This document shows positions 1-15,749 of a DNA stretch of 64,000 nucleotides, in pieces. The DNA lies in the NCBI RefSeq assembly GCF_009914755.1, contig NC_060945.1; one strand, written 5' to 3'. The notes beneath the pieces are model-generated. The model ran no database searches, was not told the DNA's origin, and saw only the letters and a list, made by a program, of their open reading frames with translations. Position numbers and translations under genes: made by a program. The stretch is from the human T2T-CHM13v2.0 reference genome, Homo sapiens. How positions within the stretch are numbered: position 1 is the first letter of the stretch; each line of letters opens with the position of its first letter.

Positions 1-149
1 TGACAGGAATCAACAGATGTTAACGGGAAACAAGGAATTTTCCTGATGAGACAATTTGGTCTTAGAACTGTTTTAGAAACCAAGTAAAGTGCAAAGTTTC
101 GCTAGGGCCCTCAAATAAAAATGATGTAAACCAACAGATGACAGCTTAA

Positions 150-340
150 TGAGTTTAGGCAGGAGGATGGGGCTATATAGTATCAAGATAGATGATGTTG
201 AATCTCATGGATAGATTCGGTTACTGACTCTACAGATCAATAATGGCAATCATGATGATGATTTACTGTTAGGGAAACATGTTTTGGTGGTATCTCGGGC
301 TTGTCTGACAATGCATATTCAAAAGATAGATTGAATGCCC
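150..340 (+). mobile_element. Possible highly decayed L3/CR1 LINE RT-region fragment
   Basis: Weak resemblance of ...ggga..gttttggtggtatctcgggc to the CR1 SGVPQG-coding region; very diverged. Confidence 0.25.
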
Positions 341-1529
341 TGGAATGTTAACCTTGTCACTGATGATTTTAGCATTTTCTTGAGATGCACTAAAAAAGAC
401 TGTTTTTTTTTCCTTTTAAAATTATTGGGCTGAATAATCATATTTAGTTATTTCAATTCTAGCTGAAGAATTTGGTATGTTTCAAAATACTACACTAAAG
501 TTAAATTGCATTTTGTTCAAAAGGTCTCATATTAATTTTTATTATTTTAAATGAAAACTCACAGTAGCTTGGAAAATAAAGTGGTTTCACCTCTATTTAG
601 TATACTACAAACAGTAAAAGTGATATTGAAGGATATTCATATAGTAAAATCACAAAATGATATATTGCATTATATTCAGGGAAAGCATCAGGATTGTGCG
701 AAGTTGGACACCCTTGCATCTTTTAGGAAACAGCCATTGACATCTTTACTGTAAGAAATAATGCACTTTTTTTTGGAGATGGATAAATAGTAATTAATCA
801 AAATTCAATTTCAAGGCATTTGAAAGTTTCTCCGCCTTTCTCCAACATAACAAACAAAAGGATTTTCATAACTTTACTCCTGCAAGTTGTCAATTTTTTA
901 ACTATTTTTGTATATTGCTACATTTTGCATATTACTATGTTATATAAAATAATATTGTAAATAATTTAAACAATTTGAATACCAAAGTTCTTTCTATTTG
1001 TCATTAAAATTAATTTTTCCTGTGTCTATTGTTCTACTCACAGAGTGATGCAGAGATGTGACCCAACGGGTCTACCTACCAGGGAGGAGGTGTGGTTTTT
1101 ACTGGAATATTCTGGCAGGCAAAAGTGAGTAGCTTAGTTTGAGGCCTGGAACTTCTCTATACCAGGAAGTCATTTCATTTATCTGTGCCATTGTTTTCTT
1201 ATCAGCAAAATATGAACTGGGCTATCTAATTGACAGTTTTTCCATGACAAGCAAGTGAGCTGAGCCAATATGAGTAAGGGAAACAAATGCAAATCTCCAA
1301 TGCCATTTCAGTGATGGATATTAACTTTCAAATGAAATACAAAAATTTACAGCATTTCCTCAATTCAATTTGATATCATTGAAACAGTCTTTATTTTTCA
1401 TAATGAAATACTCAATGATTTATTATAATATAATCCTTAATTGTGTTTCATGTCTTTGAAATGACAACAATTTTACTCTTTCATGACAAAAATGTTTATT
1501 ACTTTATATATTAGCAATATCTAAAACCT

Positions 1530-2125
1530 CCCCATAATTTTCATTTCATCCAACCCACTCTACCACCAGATCAATGTAAGGACCCAGGTTTAGAATGAAT
1601 GTATCTCCTCTTATTCCCTTATTTATGCCATTCCATGACCCACCAAACACACATTTCATTGATTCTACATACCACTTTCTTTTTCAACTCCTCTTCAACA
1701 TTTTGATGGTTTTTCTCTCTTCCTTACTAGATTTAATGGTATAGTTAGTCACGACAGTCATTCTCTTGCTTACATTCTCAAATCTCCTTTGTCTCTTGGT
1801 TTCAAACATTCATTTTGAAACACTTGATTAATTTCACCCCCTGACTATTTCATGCCTGTATTGCATGTAGCTGAATGTGACTGAAAAGTAGTGTGCCAGC
1901 AGGTAATTCTAAGGCATTTGAATTGAACCCCTTTTCTAATCTTCTTTTATTCTCTTTTTAAATATTCCCAAAACACCTATTGCTTTTAACATATTACATC
2001 ATTTACCTACTACATCTACTATTTACCAGGATGCATGTCCTTACAAGGCTAGGATCTTTGATGTTTTTTCCACTGATATATCTCAAGTGCCTGATATATT
2101 AAACACTCAAATATGTTTGTTGGAT
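1530..2125 (+). mobile_element. L2 LINE remnant including 3' end
   Basis: Pyrimidine-rich L2 body (cattctcttgcttacattctcaaatctcc) and L2 tail (ccactgatatatctcaagtgcctg...cactcaaatatgtttgttgg). Confidence 0.65.
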
Positions 2126-2589
2126 ATATGTTGTTCAATATTTATGTTCTTATCTTCAGATTGTCTATATGATTTAGAGTTTCCAGAAAACTGTTTAACT
2201 TTGCATCCACTGACAATGGAAAGACCACATTTATCTTCCTGTGCAAAGGGTTATGTGTGTTACAGATAAAATGTTGATTCATTTTTCTATCTCATTCCCA
2301 TTCTCTATTCTAGGTGAGTATAATGCTAGTAAAAACTCTAACAAAGTAATTATAATGTGTTCCGGACAGGATCTCTCCTTTTGGCTTTCTCCCTGCTTCT
2401 GAAACACATCCCTTTCCAGGAATGCATGCTTTCTGAGGCAGACAAAAGAAGAGTTGTTCAAGGTATGTCAAGATGAAATGTCAGTTTACTGAATTGCAGT
2501 TTCTACCTTTTTTCCTATAAAACACTTCTCAATTAAATGCTTAGCTTTCAGTGTCAATAAATCTGATATTATAATTGCTACAATCCTAA

Positions 2590-2931
<342 letters not shown>

Positions 2932-3024
2932 AAATGCCACTATATCATTTTCTTACTTTAAAAAATTGATTTGGGGGACACATAAAATCCTTGGTTATTC
3001 ACATAGTGAGGGGACAATTTTGCT

Positions 3025-3095
3025 TCTATTTCTTACTTTACAGATAAGGAAACTGAGGCCGTGAAAAATTAGGAAATTTGTACAAGGTCACAAAT
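3025..3095 (-). mobile_element. MIR core fragment
   Basis: tttacagataaggaaactgaggc...caaggtcaca matches the MIR core reverse complement. Confidence 0.8.
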
Positions 3096-4169
3096 ATAAA
3101 GCACTTTTTACTTTGAAATGGTTCTTGAGACTTTTCTTTTTAGAAGCTTCATATAAACATTTCACACACGCAGGAAATTATACCTTCATATCTCTTTGGG
3201 GAAAGAAAAAATTACAATAGAAAATATTTCTCATTAAGATAGCCTTGATTCTATTTGACACTTTAACTGTACTATCTTTATCGTGTATAATAGATGGATT
3301 ATGTAATTACATTACTCTATAGATTCTATTAGAATAGGCAGACATTTGAATTTGGGAAACCAATCAGGCTTAATTAGAAGAACTTAGTTGAAATAGCCTG
3401 AGGAAATGAAAAATAGAATTTCTTTTACGTTAAGTCACAGATTACAAAATTATTATCTACATTGTTAAGGCTTTTTTAAAAAAAATTATTTTATTCAGAT
3501 TATAATATACACTACTACATTTTAAGCCCTATAGCCTGTCATAGTTTTCTTCCTTGTTACCTGATATGGTAATTCTCCTTCTTTAATGCAGTTAATAAAA
3601 AGGTCGAGATTCCCTAGTTCCTTCCTATGCTCTTCTTTATTATGATACCCCATCACCTGAGACTGGAAGCTAAATGAACTTCACCTTTCAGATTTTTTTT
3701 CACCTGAGAATGTACATCATATGGTAATGGGCCAGCCCACTGTGTCTGTTGGATCTGTGACCGCAGCTGTGATTATTCATCTTAATTTGCTTGTAAAAGA
3801 TGCTAATTATTTCATAAGGCATTCACTTATAAAATGGAAACCAAAGCAAGCAGAAGCAGGGTTTTGTTGACATGTTTTAAAGTACAGAAATAATTCCAAT
3901 TGAAATGTTAATTAAAATAATATATCATGTCTTTTAAAAACTCAGATGTTCCAGGTTTATTTGAGATGGTCTTCAGTCCTTGGAAAAATATGTATAGCTC
4001 CATCAAATTTGGTTTCTTATTATATCAAAGAAAGGAACATAGTCAATGAAACTTAAGCTCAGATACGTGTGTGACATACGTACAATGTCAGATCTAGAAA
4101 AGTCCATATTTAAAATATATATATAGCTACTTTGGAATATATAAAGAAAAAGCTCTATGCTTTAATAGA

Positions 4170-4330
4170 TAACATCTAGTGAGCACTGACTATATCTTAT
4201 GTTAATAACTCATTTTCTTATCAAATCATCTATGTTAGGAAATTGAGACTTTAACTTTTTGAAAATATTATGATATGGCTAAAGTCTGTAACCAGAAAGT
4301 CTGAATCCAGAACCCATTGCTTAATTGCTT
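4170..4330 (-). mobile_element. MIR remnant, decayed
   Basis: aacatctagtgagcactgactat...ggaaattgagact. Confidence 0.4.
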
Positions 4331-5269
4331 GTGTTACTTGCCTTTTGACTAGAAGCTTTATTGATTCTGATATTGCAAAACTCGATATTCATTTTCAGAT
4401 TGTGAAGATGTCTATTTTTCTCAAAGTCTTTTATCTGAGTTTCACATGCTTAAGACAGTTTCAGAAATAAAATGATGTTTTGTTTCAGAGTGTTTTTAAA
4501 TGTATATATTTATTCCTAACTGACATTAACAAATAATTGTATTGGTAATGTCTTGTGATTAGTGGCACTGTTGAACAATGTTTGGACTATTTTTTTACCA
4601 GGGATGCATAAAATACTTAGAATTTAATTAAATGAAATGAAAAAAATATTTTTCTTAGTGTATAATGCCTAAAAGTTTATTATTGTCCAGAAATTTTGTA
4701 AAAAATGTATTTTAAAATATTAACCATTTAGTAATCTTCATAGATTAATTAACCTAATGGTTTAAGAAAGTGCATAGTTGCTTAACTACTTTAAAGGTTA
4801 CTTCAGACACAGGCTAGTTCAGAATAAGTTTATGAATTAATTCTCTTTCTAAAACATAAAGTCCTGGGAAGTAAGCCAAGGTCAGTTTCTTGAAGCTAAC
4901 CAAGTAGGCTAATAATAAGAACTCTTACATTAGCCAAACTGAATTATTCAGATGTAACCAGTAGTGTCTAAAATTTCCAAATTTCTTGGAACAACATCAA
5001 TGTGATATTATGCTCTAATGTCTGGCTAACTTCTGGAAAGATTTACTACATATCCATACTCTTTGGTTATTGCATTCTTAACAAATGAATAGCATTTCTG
5101 ATAGGACAAGATATTGGTCCATCCTGAAGGAGAGAAGAGGATTATTGCTACCACATGAAAACAAAGAGAAATAGATGGGTAATTTTCAGTGGGTTCGTTG
5201 CATTATGTAAACCTATTTGAGCACTTATTCTTATTACACCTTAAATGTATTTATTTTTAAAGCACATAA

Positions 5270-5407
5270 GAATCAAATTCCTTCTCCCTAATCTTTGTGA
5301 TTCTCATGAAGTACTTCTGAGATGTGAATCAGGACTTTGCATTCTTAGCAAGCATCCAGGTGATTCTGTCGCAGATGAGTCACACATTGTATTTTTAGAA
5401 ATACTGA
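5270..5407. mobile_element. MER5-type hAT-Charlie MITE fragment
   Basis: tgcattcttagcaagcatccaggtgattctg...tttagaaatactg resembles the MER5 core and terminus. Confidence 0.65.
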
Positions 5408-5886
5408 GAGTAGCTGTGTTTTCCAATACACATAACTGTAAGTTTTCAGCAAGACTTGGTAGTGGGAGACATTTAGTTAAAATGGGTAATGTGTTAAGGG
5501 ATAAGCCTGCCCTAATATTTGGAGTGGCTGAATTGGTTAACAGTATTCTATCAGGGAAAATTTCTTTACTTGACCTTCATTTTCACCTTTGATATGTACA
5601 TACAGGTTAAGAGTAAGAATGGTGATTTGAATCCAATTAATGTGCATTTGCAAAGATTTAGATGATAAGAAGAGAATGTACCTTGACCTTGGACTAGAGA
5701 AGGAACGGAAATGTTATAGAAAAAATGAAAGGGTTATACAAGGAAACTTAATCCTAAGCAGAGCTTTACCCATGGGACTAAGCCTGGAAGGGAATAACTG
5801 AAACTGAGACTCAGAGGAAATTGAAGCTTGTAGCAGATTTGTGCCCAGGATAATGGCATGATTCTAAAGATTCTGCTTGCACAAAC

Positions 5887-6790
<904 letters not shown>

Positions 6791-6989
6791 CTATCTCAAA
6801 TGTCATTTATTCCAAGACCTAAAGGAAAAAAAAGAGGAGCAAGATATACAAAAATCAGAACAGATCATTCCAAACAGCTGTAATAAGGTAATAGACAGTA
6901 CAATGACCCATAGAGAAAGTGAGAAAAAAAATCAAGATGCTTAAACATCCTGAGAGAAGCAAGGAAAATAGTAGAAGAGGTTAGGTAAT

Positions 6990-7810
6990 CAGGCAAGTAT
7001 CAAATGATACAGGACTTTTTTTTTTTTTTTTTTTTTAGAAAAAGTAAGTAGTTTGAATTTTATTCTAAGTGTGAGTAATTCTTTTGGAAAATTATAAGTA
7101 GGGGTGCTTATAACTCCAGATCTCTGTGGCATCCAAATGTAAAATTTTTTCTTGCTCAATTACTTGTCAGCTGAAGTTCGACTATAATTATGCCACCTGT
7201 CTTCTTTAGTTTTGAATGCAGGTTGCAGAAATGCTTCCCTCTGAGATAAGACATTCTCATGGAAAAGGAGAAAAGAAAAAGAAAATAGAATTGCAAAAGC
7301 ACAAGATGGTTTAAAACTTCTACTTAGATGATTTAAACATGGCATATATCATGTCTGATCACCCTCCATTGGTTAAAGCAAGTCCTGATAATCCAGATGT
7401 TTTGGGAGGGCCATCATCTTCTTACAGGAAGGGTCAGTGAATAATTGGGGACAATATTTTCTTCTGTATCAAAAACACCCACAACATCATTGAATTTGAA
7501 GCTATATAGACAAGTGAATAAATAAATTAAAAAGCTGAATGGAGATAGAAAAAAAGAGGAAAATCCAGAAAAAGACCAAAGAGCTCCTCTGTGTTTAGAG
7601 GCAAAGTGGTGGAGAAGGAGTTCGCAAAGATGATTGAGGAGTAAAATCCAGTATAGTAGCAAGAAAAACCAAAAAAATATCTGCCATGGAGAAAAAGAAA
7701 ATGTTTCCAGAAAAAGAAGATTAACCATGTGGAATGCAGCTGAGAAATAAAATAAGGTAAAAGACATGAAACAATTAGATTTGTATTTGGCAACATTGTA
7801 TTTGAAATGG
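6990..7810 (-). mobile_element. L2 remnant interrupted by a T21 run (7016-7036) and an MLT1 LTR
   Basis: gtaagtagtttgaattttattctaagtg and gtggagaaggagttcgcaaagatgattgag...tggaatgcagctgaga are L2 antisense motifs. Confidence 0.6.
7130..7485 (-). mobile_element. Old MaLR LTR (MLT1J/K-like)
   Basis: tccattggttaaagcaagtc and surrounding MLT1 antisense motif. Confidence 0.55.
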
Positions 7811-9269
7811 CAACAATACGTTTACCGTGTTGGTATTATTTTTTTTCCACCAGCAAATATTGTGTACTGGGTAAGGAGATGTAGGATAAAGGAAAATGAT
7901 CTCAAAGAAGATGGGGGTGAGTTAGGGAGTAGATGGTAGATAAAAACAACCCAGAGAATCAATGATGGTGGCGATAGTCACGCATATTATTGAATATATG
8001 GTTTAGGCTGTGGTGAAAGTAAAGTGAGATTTCAGGGGATAAAATATTCCAGGAAATAATAAAAGTTAAGGGATGGGAAGGGTTTCAGTTTCTTATATAA
8101 AGTTAAAGCCCCAATATTAAGCAGGCAGCCCACATGAGTTTGATATTAATCAGAATAGTGACAACAGTTGAAGTGAGAAAGTCTTTAAAGTAGATCTGTA
8201 AGTTCCTGGTGAATGAAGAGGTAGTACCACAAGGTTGGCAACTAAAGATGTTGTGTAGTGTGTGCACATATGTGTGTTTATGAGTAATCATGCCATTATT
8301 CTATATCACAGAATGTTTACATATTAAATATAATGAGGTACCTTGGCAGTTATAACTGGTTTATATGTTTCATTTGTTGAGAAATGTTGAAGGTACAATT
8401 CAGAATGCTGGAAATATTTATAACGGCAATCCCTCTACATCTTAAAGTTAGATGGTATGAACTTTCCCAATTCATTAAGTGATGTTCAGTAAAATTTTGC
8501 ACTGCTTTTTAATGGCAATTTGCATCATAAAGGAAAGAATAGGAGTACGTTAATTGGCTCAAGAATTATTTTCTTAAGTAACTGCACTCATTTGCATTTT
8601 GGAGTGAGGCTCCAAAACTGAACTCAAGCTCTCTATGTCCTAGGTGACCTTGTTAGAATGCATGGTTATAATTATACTGAATAATCAATGGAAAAACAGG
8701 AAACTTCAAAGGCTAATGAATAGAATGCTCTATAGTATTTAAGGTTTTAAAAAAATGACTAGCTTTTCATTTATTTTCTTTGTGCTTTTTGCAAAACTAA
8801 TTCTCACATTTCACCTGCATGAACTCTAACTGGGGCGTATGATATTCTGTTGATCATATAGGCTCCTTCCATTAATAACTCTATTGCTCACAAATTTATA
8901 GATTTCCATTTTCACCCACCACTTATCACTATTTATTTTTTAAATAACTTTTATGTGATGCAAATTGCTTTTATGCTTCATCAAGACTGAAATCCTAAAT
9001 AAAACAGTATTTTGTGATTTTATGTTAGAACACTTCATTGTCTTTGATCATATCCTCTGCCCTAATCTAATTTATTACTACCATCTAATCTAATCTACTA
9101 CTAATCTAACATTAAAAACAAAAAAGTACGAATTATCATTTTTCCTTTACACTTAAAAATCCCTTTGGATTAACTATAATATTTGTCCTATTTTTAAAAA
9201 GTGCTTGCTCAAAAATATAGTTCAGAAAATTATGGTCTTAATAATTTATTAAACAAATTATCTCTAACA

Positions 9270-9525
9270 ACCAGATAGGAAGAATAAGTTCTATTGCTGT
9301 ATACCATTGCAGGATGACTATAGTTAACAAAAATATATTATATAGTTTTAAGATAGCTAGAAGGAGGATATTGAATATCCCTAACACAAATAAATGATAA
9401 AAGTTTAAGCTGATAGATATGTAAGTTAATCCTTATCTTCTCACTATACATTATGCGTATTGAAACATCACTAATACCCCAGAAATATGTACAATTATTA
9501 TTTGCCAATAAAAGAAGATAAACAA
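9270..9525 (+). mobile_element. L1MA-type 3' UTR end
   Basis: gataggaagaataagttc...gatgactatagttaac...gctagaaggaggatattgaat...ccaataaaa. Confidence 0.85.
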
Positions 9526-9685
9526 AAACTAACACATGCTTAAAATTAAAAAAAAAAAAACATACTCTTCAAAGATAATAGTTCATTCAAATTCTTCAGA
9601 ATATACCTTTCATTGCTATCAAAACAATAGATTTAAAGGACACTTGTTGGAATTCAGGCTGTTTACTGAATATAAGTACTTTCTT

Positions 9686-9991
<306 letters not shown>

Positions 9992-10643
9992 GAATATAAG
10001 TACTTTCTTAACAGATCTGAGTAGTTTTTAAATCTGTGCATGTGGATGATAGTAGGAAACAAATAATAAAATGTTTTAGTGAATAATGTAGAAAAATCTA
10101 AATCCACAGAACACTTGGTAAATAGCCCTGTTAATATAAAAATTTAGGGGAAAAAACTGGAAAGAATAAAAAGAACATCTATTTACTAGATCACAAGTAT
10201 CATGTGAAAACCCAGTAGCTAAATTACCAGACTTTAAGCTGTGATTTTAGGGGATTTGGTTTCCGGCATTCTCTTGGTTCCTCAGGCCCACCAAGTTTCT
10301 GGCACCCTGGGCCCTGCTTTTGTAGCCATTGCGACTTGTGTTTCCGCCCCCTCTCTCCACCTTTCTTGAAGTGGTCATCTATTTAAAATGAACTTACCGA
10401 GTGCCTAACTTTTTCCAAGCAATTGTGCTAAGCACAGTGTTAGGATTTGCTAACTCCCGTGAGGCATCATTTCTTTGAGAATGTGTTTTCTTCAATTGCC
10501 TGGACATGGGCAGCTTCTCCTCCCCTTACAGTCAGAAATCATGGAGAAAAGCCTTTAAACTTCCTGCGATGATAGATAACCACAGAGCACTGGACTTGAG
10601 AACACAGATTTTGAAAATAGAAAACTCTGCGACTGAATCTTCA

Positions 10644-11232
10644 TGTACTTTTGTAATGTGTCAATGTAGCTACACTGAAATACGTTTTTTATTATTTCCT
10701 TTTCTGTATGTTTCTGGCTAATTGGATCACAGAAGAGACTGTTGGGAGAGATTCAGAGGGTGAAAGTGAAGGGGCAGCCATTCTGTAGCTCTCCACTGTG
10801 TCACTCACTTGCTTGTTTCCTTACTTTGAGGCAGTGGCCAAGCCTGCAAATGTCCCACCTTCTTTTTGTTCCTCTTTTGGCTTCATAAACTCCTATGTCA
10901 GTTGTGTGTGTTAGGTCTGGCTTATGCAGAACACCCATACCAATGAGGTTCAGAGGCAGTAACAACTGACCTAGCGTTTAGCCTGTTCTCATTTGCTACA
11001 GCTTGCGCTTTTGGGTTTCACTTACTGCTTGCTCTCACCCACCTAACACCTATCCCTCCTTCCCTGCTGCCCGTGTCCTGTGTACTTCAAGGTCCAACAT
11101 CAAATACAAAGACAAAAGATTTACAGATACTACTTAACCAGTTTGCGTATGGTCAAGCCTCTGAAAATACTGCATGAGGTCAAATCTCTATTGATTTATC
11201 TATTTCTGGTTCTCTGAACACTGAGTGATATG
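10644..11232 (+). mobile_element. Old ERVL-class solo LTR (subfamily uncertain)
   Basis: TG start tgtacttttgtaatgtgtcaa, typical end ttctctgaacactgagtgata; candidate 5-bp TSD cttca/cttga. Confidence 0.6.
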
Positions 11233-11239
11233 CTTGATA

Positions 11240-11412
11240 TCACCAATGACTAGCTAAGTGATTTGGAAGTAATAAGTGATTTATCTTCATTAAATCTGTT
11301 TTATTTACTACAAAATGGGAGTTTTGTGTGAAATAAAAATTAATGTAGGTGCTGCACTTAGCAAGAGATCAAACGTGTTATAAACACTCAATCAATAGTA
11401 ACAATTATCATT
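11240..11412 (+). mobile_element. MIR
   Basis: ctagctaagtgatttgg...caaaatggga...aaacactcaatcaatagtaacaattat. Confidence 0.6.
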
Positions 11413-12555
11413 ACTCTGTCCTAAAAACTATCGTGTTTTTATTCTCTTTTTGCTATTGGACTAAATACAAAACAAAATACAACAATAGAAAAAAATAAAC
11501 AACCAACAAATACACAAAGAAATTACTACTATTCCCCAATGGCAACTTAATCTTATTATTATTATATCCTTCCAAGAGCCTGCAAAACAAGAAAGCTAAA
11601 AAAATCTGTTAGATTCAGTATTTATCTCAAGCTCATTACACATAAACAAATTGTCCCTAATAATCAATATGGGAAGCATGCTTCTATAGAAAACATTTGA
11701 ATTATTTAAATAGCATTGGTTTTTGCCTATGTGATTCTTGTTGTAAGAACATTCCTTGCATTAGTTTGAAAATAGGAACATCTAGAAAATCTACTAGATG
11801 ATATTTAGTGCTTTTTTAGTATTTCTTAGTTTCTCAAGTCATGTAAAAAACCATGTTTTCATGTTTTTAACATGGGATAAAGTTGACTTGGCTCCAGAGA
11901 CCAATTAATTACATGGGAAAAGATAGAAAAACTAAAAATTGTGAAAATGAAAAATTATTCTTACATTACTATGTATAAAAAAATTCATACTTAGGCATAT
12001 AGGACCTGTACAATGGAGAAAATCATTAGTTGCCTAAAATAGTTATATGTCCATATCTTTCTGTGGCTCTGATTTATTAGATATAAAATGGTGTATTTAT
12101 TAAAATATCCTTGGAAGTGTCAAAATATTAAAAAAATTATAATAAATGTGATATATACTGAATATAATTTAATAAAATTTATAAATTTATTAACCTGTAT
12201 ATTGTATGTATAAAACAGATATATACAGAGAGAGAAAGAAAGAGCTACAGAGAAAGAAATAAGAACACTCAAACATAGCTGATAGAAATGTAAATTGGTA
12301 TAGCTTTTAAAAAGTTAAGGAAGAAAATGTTTCAGTATATATTAAAACAAATGTGTATTTACATTTGAATTAAGCAATTTCATTTTTTGGAGTTTAAAGA
12401 CACATTTCCAACAATATGAAAATGCACCTGCAACAGGTTGTTCATTGTTTTTAATAGCAAGATGTTTGGTGAAGATGCATGCATAAACATAAGAGATTGA
12501 CTGAATACACTATTAGAATTACACACTGAAATCTATGTTTCTGATTTAAGAAAAC

Positions 12556-12807
12556 TTTGGGAGGCCGAGGCAGGTGGATCACAAGGTCAGGAGATTGAGA
12601 CCATCCTGGCTAATACAGTGAAACCCCCTCTCTGCCAAAAATACAAAAAATTACCCATGGTGGCAGGCACCTGTAGTCCCAGCTACTCGGGAGGCTGAGG
12701 CAGGAGAATGGTGTGAACCCGGGAGGGGAGAGCTTGCAGTGAGCCGAGATCGCGCCACTGCACTCCAGCCTGGGCGACAAAGAGAGACTCTGTCTCCAAA
12801 AAAAAAG
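12556..12807 (+). mobile_element. AluY, 5'-truncated by about 33 nt
   Basis: Starts at ctttgggaggccgagg; Y diagnostics ggctaatacagtg, gagaatggtgtgaacccggg, gagcttgcag; TSD aagaaaac 12548-12555 / 12808-12815. Confidence 0.92.
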
Positions 12808-13016
12808 AAGAAAACAAAAACTGAGGGAGATCTGTTTTGCCAATAGTGGAGAAACAGGAATACAATGTTAAGTGGAAAAAAAACCTTATAGAGTATATAT
12901 AGTGTGCTATCATATGTGTAAAAGAAAGAGGAGTAATAGGAAATATACATATATTTGCTTATTTTTGCAAAACAAAAGCCAGGAATGATACATCTAAAAC
13001 TAATGATATTGCCCAT

Positions 13017-13535
13017 ATTAGTGGGTTGAATAGTGTCCCCCAAAATTCATGTCTACTGTAAACCTATAAATGTCATCTTATTTGAAAATAAGGTCTTTGT
13101 ACATACGGTCACGTTAAGATGAAGTCATATTGGATTAGAGTAGGCCTTAAGTCCTTATTTTTGCTATAACTTTTTAGAGTAGTATAGAGTAGTAGCAGAG
13201 TAGTAGAGTAGAGGTTCTTTTATTTTTGTGTGTTTACTTTTTTTTTAGGAGAAGAAGACTTAGAGACACAGACACACAGAGGGAAGAAGGCCATAGAAAG
13301 ACAAAGGCAAAGATTGGAGTTGTACTGCCACAAGCCCAAGAATGAGGAAACCACCAGGAGCTAGAAGAAACAAGCAAGGATTCGTCCCTGGATTGGTCTT
13401 TCAAAGGGAGCATGGCCCTGCTGACACTTTAATTTCAGACTTCTAGGCTGCAGAACCATTAAAGAATAAATTTCCTTTGTTTCAAGCCATGCTGCTTCTG
13501 TTGTTTTCTTATGGCAGTCCTGGGAAACTAATATA
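13017..13535 (+). mobile_element. MLT1C/MLT1B MaLR solo LTR with a ~90-bp internal insert
   Basis: tagtgggttgaatagtgtcccccaaaattcatgtc start; gcatggccctgctgacac; end ggaaactaatata. Confidence 0.85.
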
Positions 13536-15749
13536 TCTATTCATACATAGAAATGGAAATGGGGAGAAACGGTGTTAAAGAAAGAGTGAGCTTCTCAGAC
13601 TCCCCTTTTTGGTATAGGTTTTACTTTTGGACCCATGTTAATATTTTACATAATTAATAAAATAAAATTAAGAAGTTTGAGGGAAACATCTTTAAAATGA
13701 AAAACAAACCAACAAACAAATGAACCTAACAGTATTTCCATTCAACGTATTGGAAAAATGCAACCAAACTGAAGGTTGGAGCAAAGAAGGAATCCAAATA
13801 ACTTGCAAATACATTAGCACAGTATTTTGACTATAATACCTTCAGTGTAAAGACAAAAAAGACTTTCTGAAAGGTTCTGTAACCTCATTAGCAATATTTT
13901 TGTATTGGCATGGATTGGTACTTTTAGAACTGCTTTCAATGTAATCTAAGACTGACAAATGAGATTATGTATTGTGGACAATTGTTGCACTGCTGGAAGA
14001 GGGAGTAACCACATAAAAAGGAGTTGGGGAATAGAACAGATCTTCTAGTGTGGAATTTAAATTGGGAATATCAGCTTATGAAATAGTTAAATAGATACAT
14101 ACATGTATAGATATATGTATACATGTATGGATCAGTGTATATTATAGACATATATTAATATATTATCTATTCTAGTGCTCTAAATATCAATTCTGAGACA
14201 ACTGGAGTTATTCAAGACTTCTTCCGTACACTATATGGTCAGTTTCATTTGGGTCTCAAAGTACAAGATCCGCCAGTTACTTGTTATTAATTTTTCCATG
14301 GCATAGTCACACATATTTTTACCTGCTTTGAAACAGCTTTTATGATGTTATGTTTTAAAACTTATGAAAATGAATATTTGCAGGGATAAATGATTATAAA
14401 GTATTTAAAAGTTTGATGTAATATCATACAAATTGACAGATCATATTCCGTGAAAACATTACAGCTAATTAGAGGACAATATTTCTTAGATTTCTACCCC
14501 CCAAAAATAATTCATTTTATCCTCCATTTTGAGTGGTGCTGAAAAAAAGTATTAAACAGAGTTCTTAAAATATGCTATAACTAGTAGAAATTATTTTTTT
14601 AATTTCTATTGTTTTCATTTTTCAAAGTAAAATTTATTTAAAATTTATATCAAAAATTAAGATTTATCAGACTATGTCTACTTTGGCAAAATAAACTGTT
14701 TTTGTGATCATTTTGTCTTTCACTATGAGTCAAATTATTAAGGTGAGTTTTCTTTTCAGCTTATTACAATTATCCTAATAGACAGCACAGGATGCTGTCA
14801 AAGTCTTAGTTTTGAGGGTTAATATTAAATCACCATTCTTATATTTCGCTTCCTCATTAGATCAATAATGCAAAAGGTCTAATGTAATGTCAAAGGACTT
14901 GCATTCATCAAACTGGAAATACCTTGTGGCTGTTCATTAGGGTTATGCCTTCCCTGCTTTTAGAAAATATTACTGAGGGATTTTTATTCAACCAATGAAT
15001 GCCTATAGGATATTTTATGAACCAAGTTAGAAAATAGACTGGGGGAAACGTATGGATAATTGGTAACCAGAACAAAACAGAATAAGTCCAAGATTATGAA
15101 ACATAAATTCCTTTCTGTGCTAGAATAAAAATTGTACAAATACAGTATTATTCAAAACACATATACTGTAGATATGGAGACTCTTGTTTATCACCATTTG
15201 CCTTATATAATATTTGCATTTAATAGAAACCAAATAATTTGAAATTAACTTTGTAGTCATACTTTATTAATTTTACATTTAATTTTTATTTATTAGTTGG
15301 GTGATACTCAGTGTAGTGCTTATAGTCTGAAGCAGTTTTTTGAAATCTGTATTGAAACATTTAAAAAATATCTAGTGGAGCTTCTTTACATCATTCTTCA
15401 GTTTGCCATTTATTTTTGTCAATATGCTAACCTCACAAATGCTTTGCCTTGTGTTATAATAGTCCAAAAATTACCCTAATGTTTCCTTAAAAAGTAGTTT
15501 TTTAAAGAATCTGCTACATTAATAACTTCATGTAACATTTAACATGTAATTAAACAACATATTATGGATTTACTGAGTTATTGAGTTAGGAGATTTTCAC
15601 TGAAATAACAAACTGTATAGCCGATTCAGTTATAGCTGGTATGTTGTAAAAGCAAGATACAGACAGACTTATAGTCACTTAAAGTCATATAAACTGCATA
15701 ATTTCTGTAATTTATAATGTTATGTAAATTGAAAGTACACACATTAAAA

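Larger units (their letters stand above)
12250..14170 (+). mobile_element. Old L1 (L1MC-like) 3' region split by an AluY and an MLT1 LTR
   Basis: gctgatagaaatgtaaattggta (ORF2 end) and aaatgaacctaacagtat (3' UTR). Confidence 0.65.

Noticed and set aside
7016-7038. T21 followed by AG, as a processed-pseudogene tail or splice acceptor
   Set aside because: It sits within continuous L2 sequence with no TSD or attached body; a simple homopolymer expansion is more likely.
7414-7796. Hydrophobic F/L-rich ORFs resembling membrane proteins
   Set aside because: They are a compositional artefact of T-rich L2 sequence on the minus strand.
14784-14799. Short hairpin gacagca-cagga-tgctgtc
   Set aside because: A 7-bp stem is expected by chance in 64 kb and has no supporting context.
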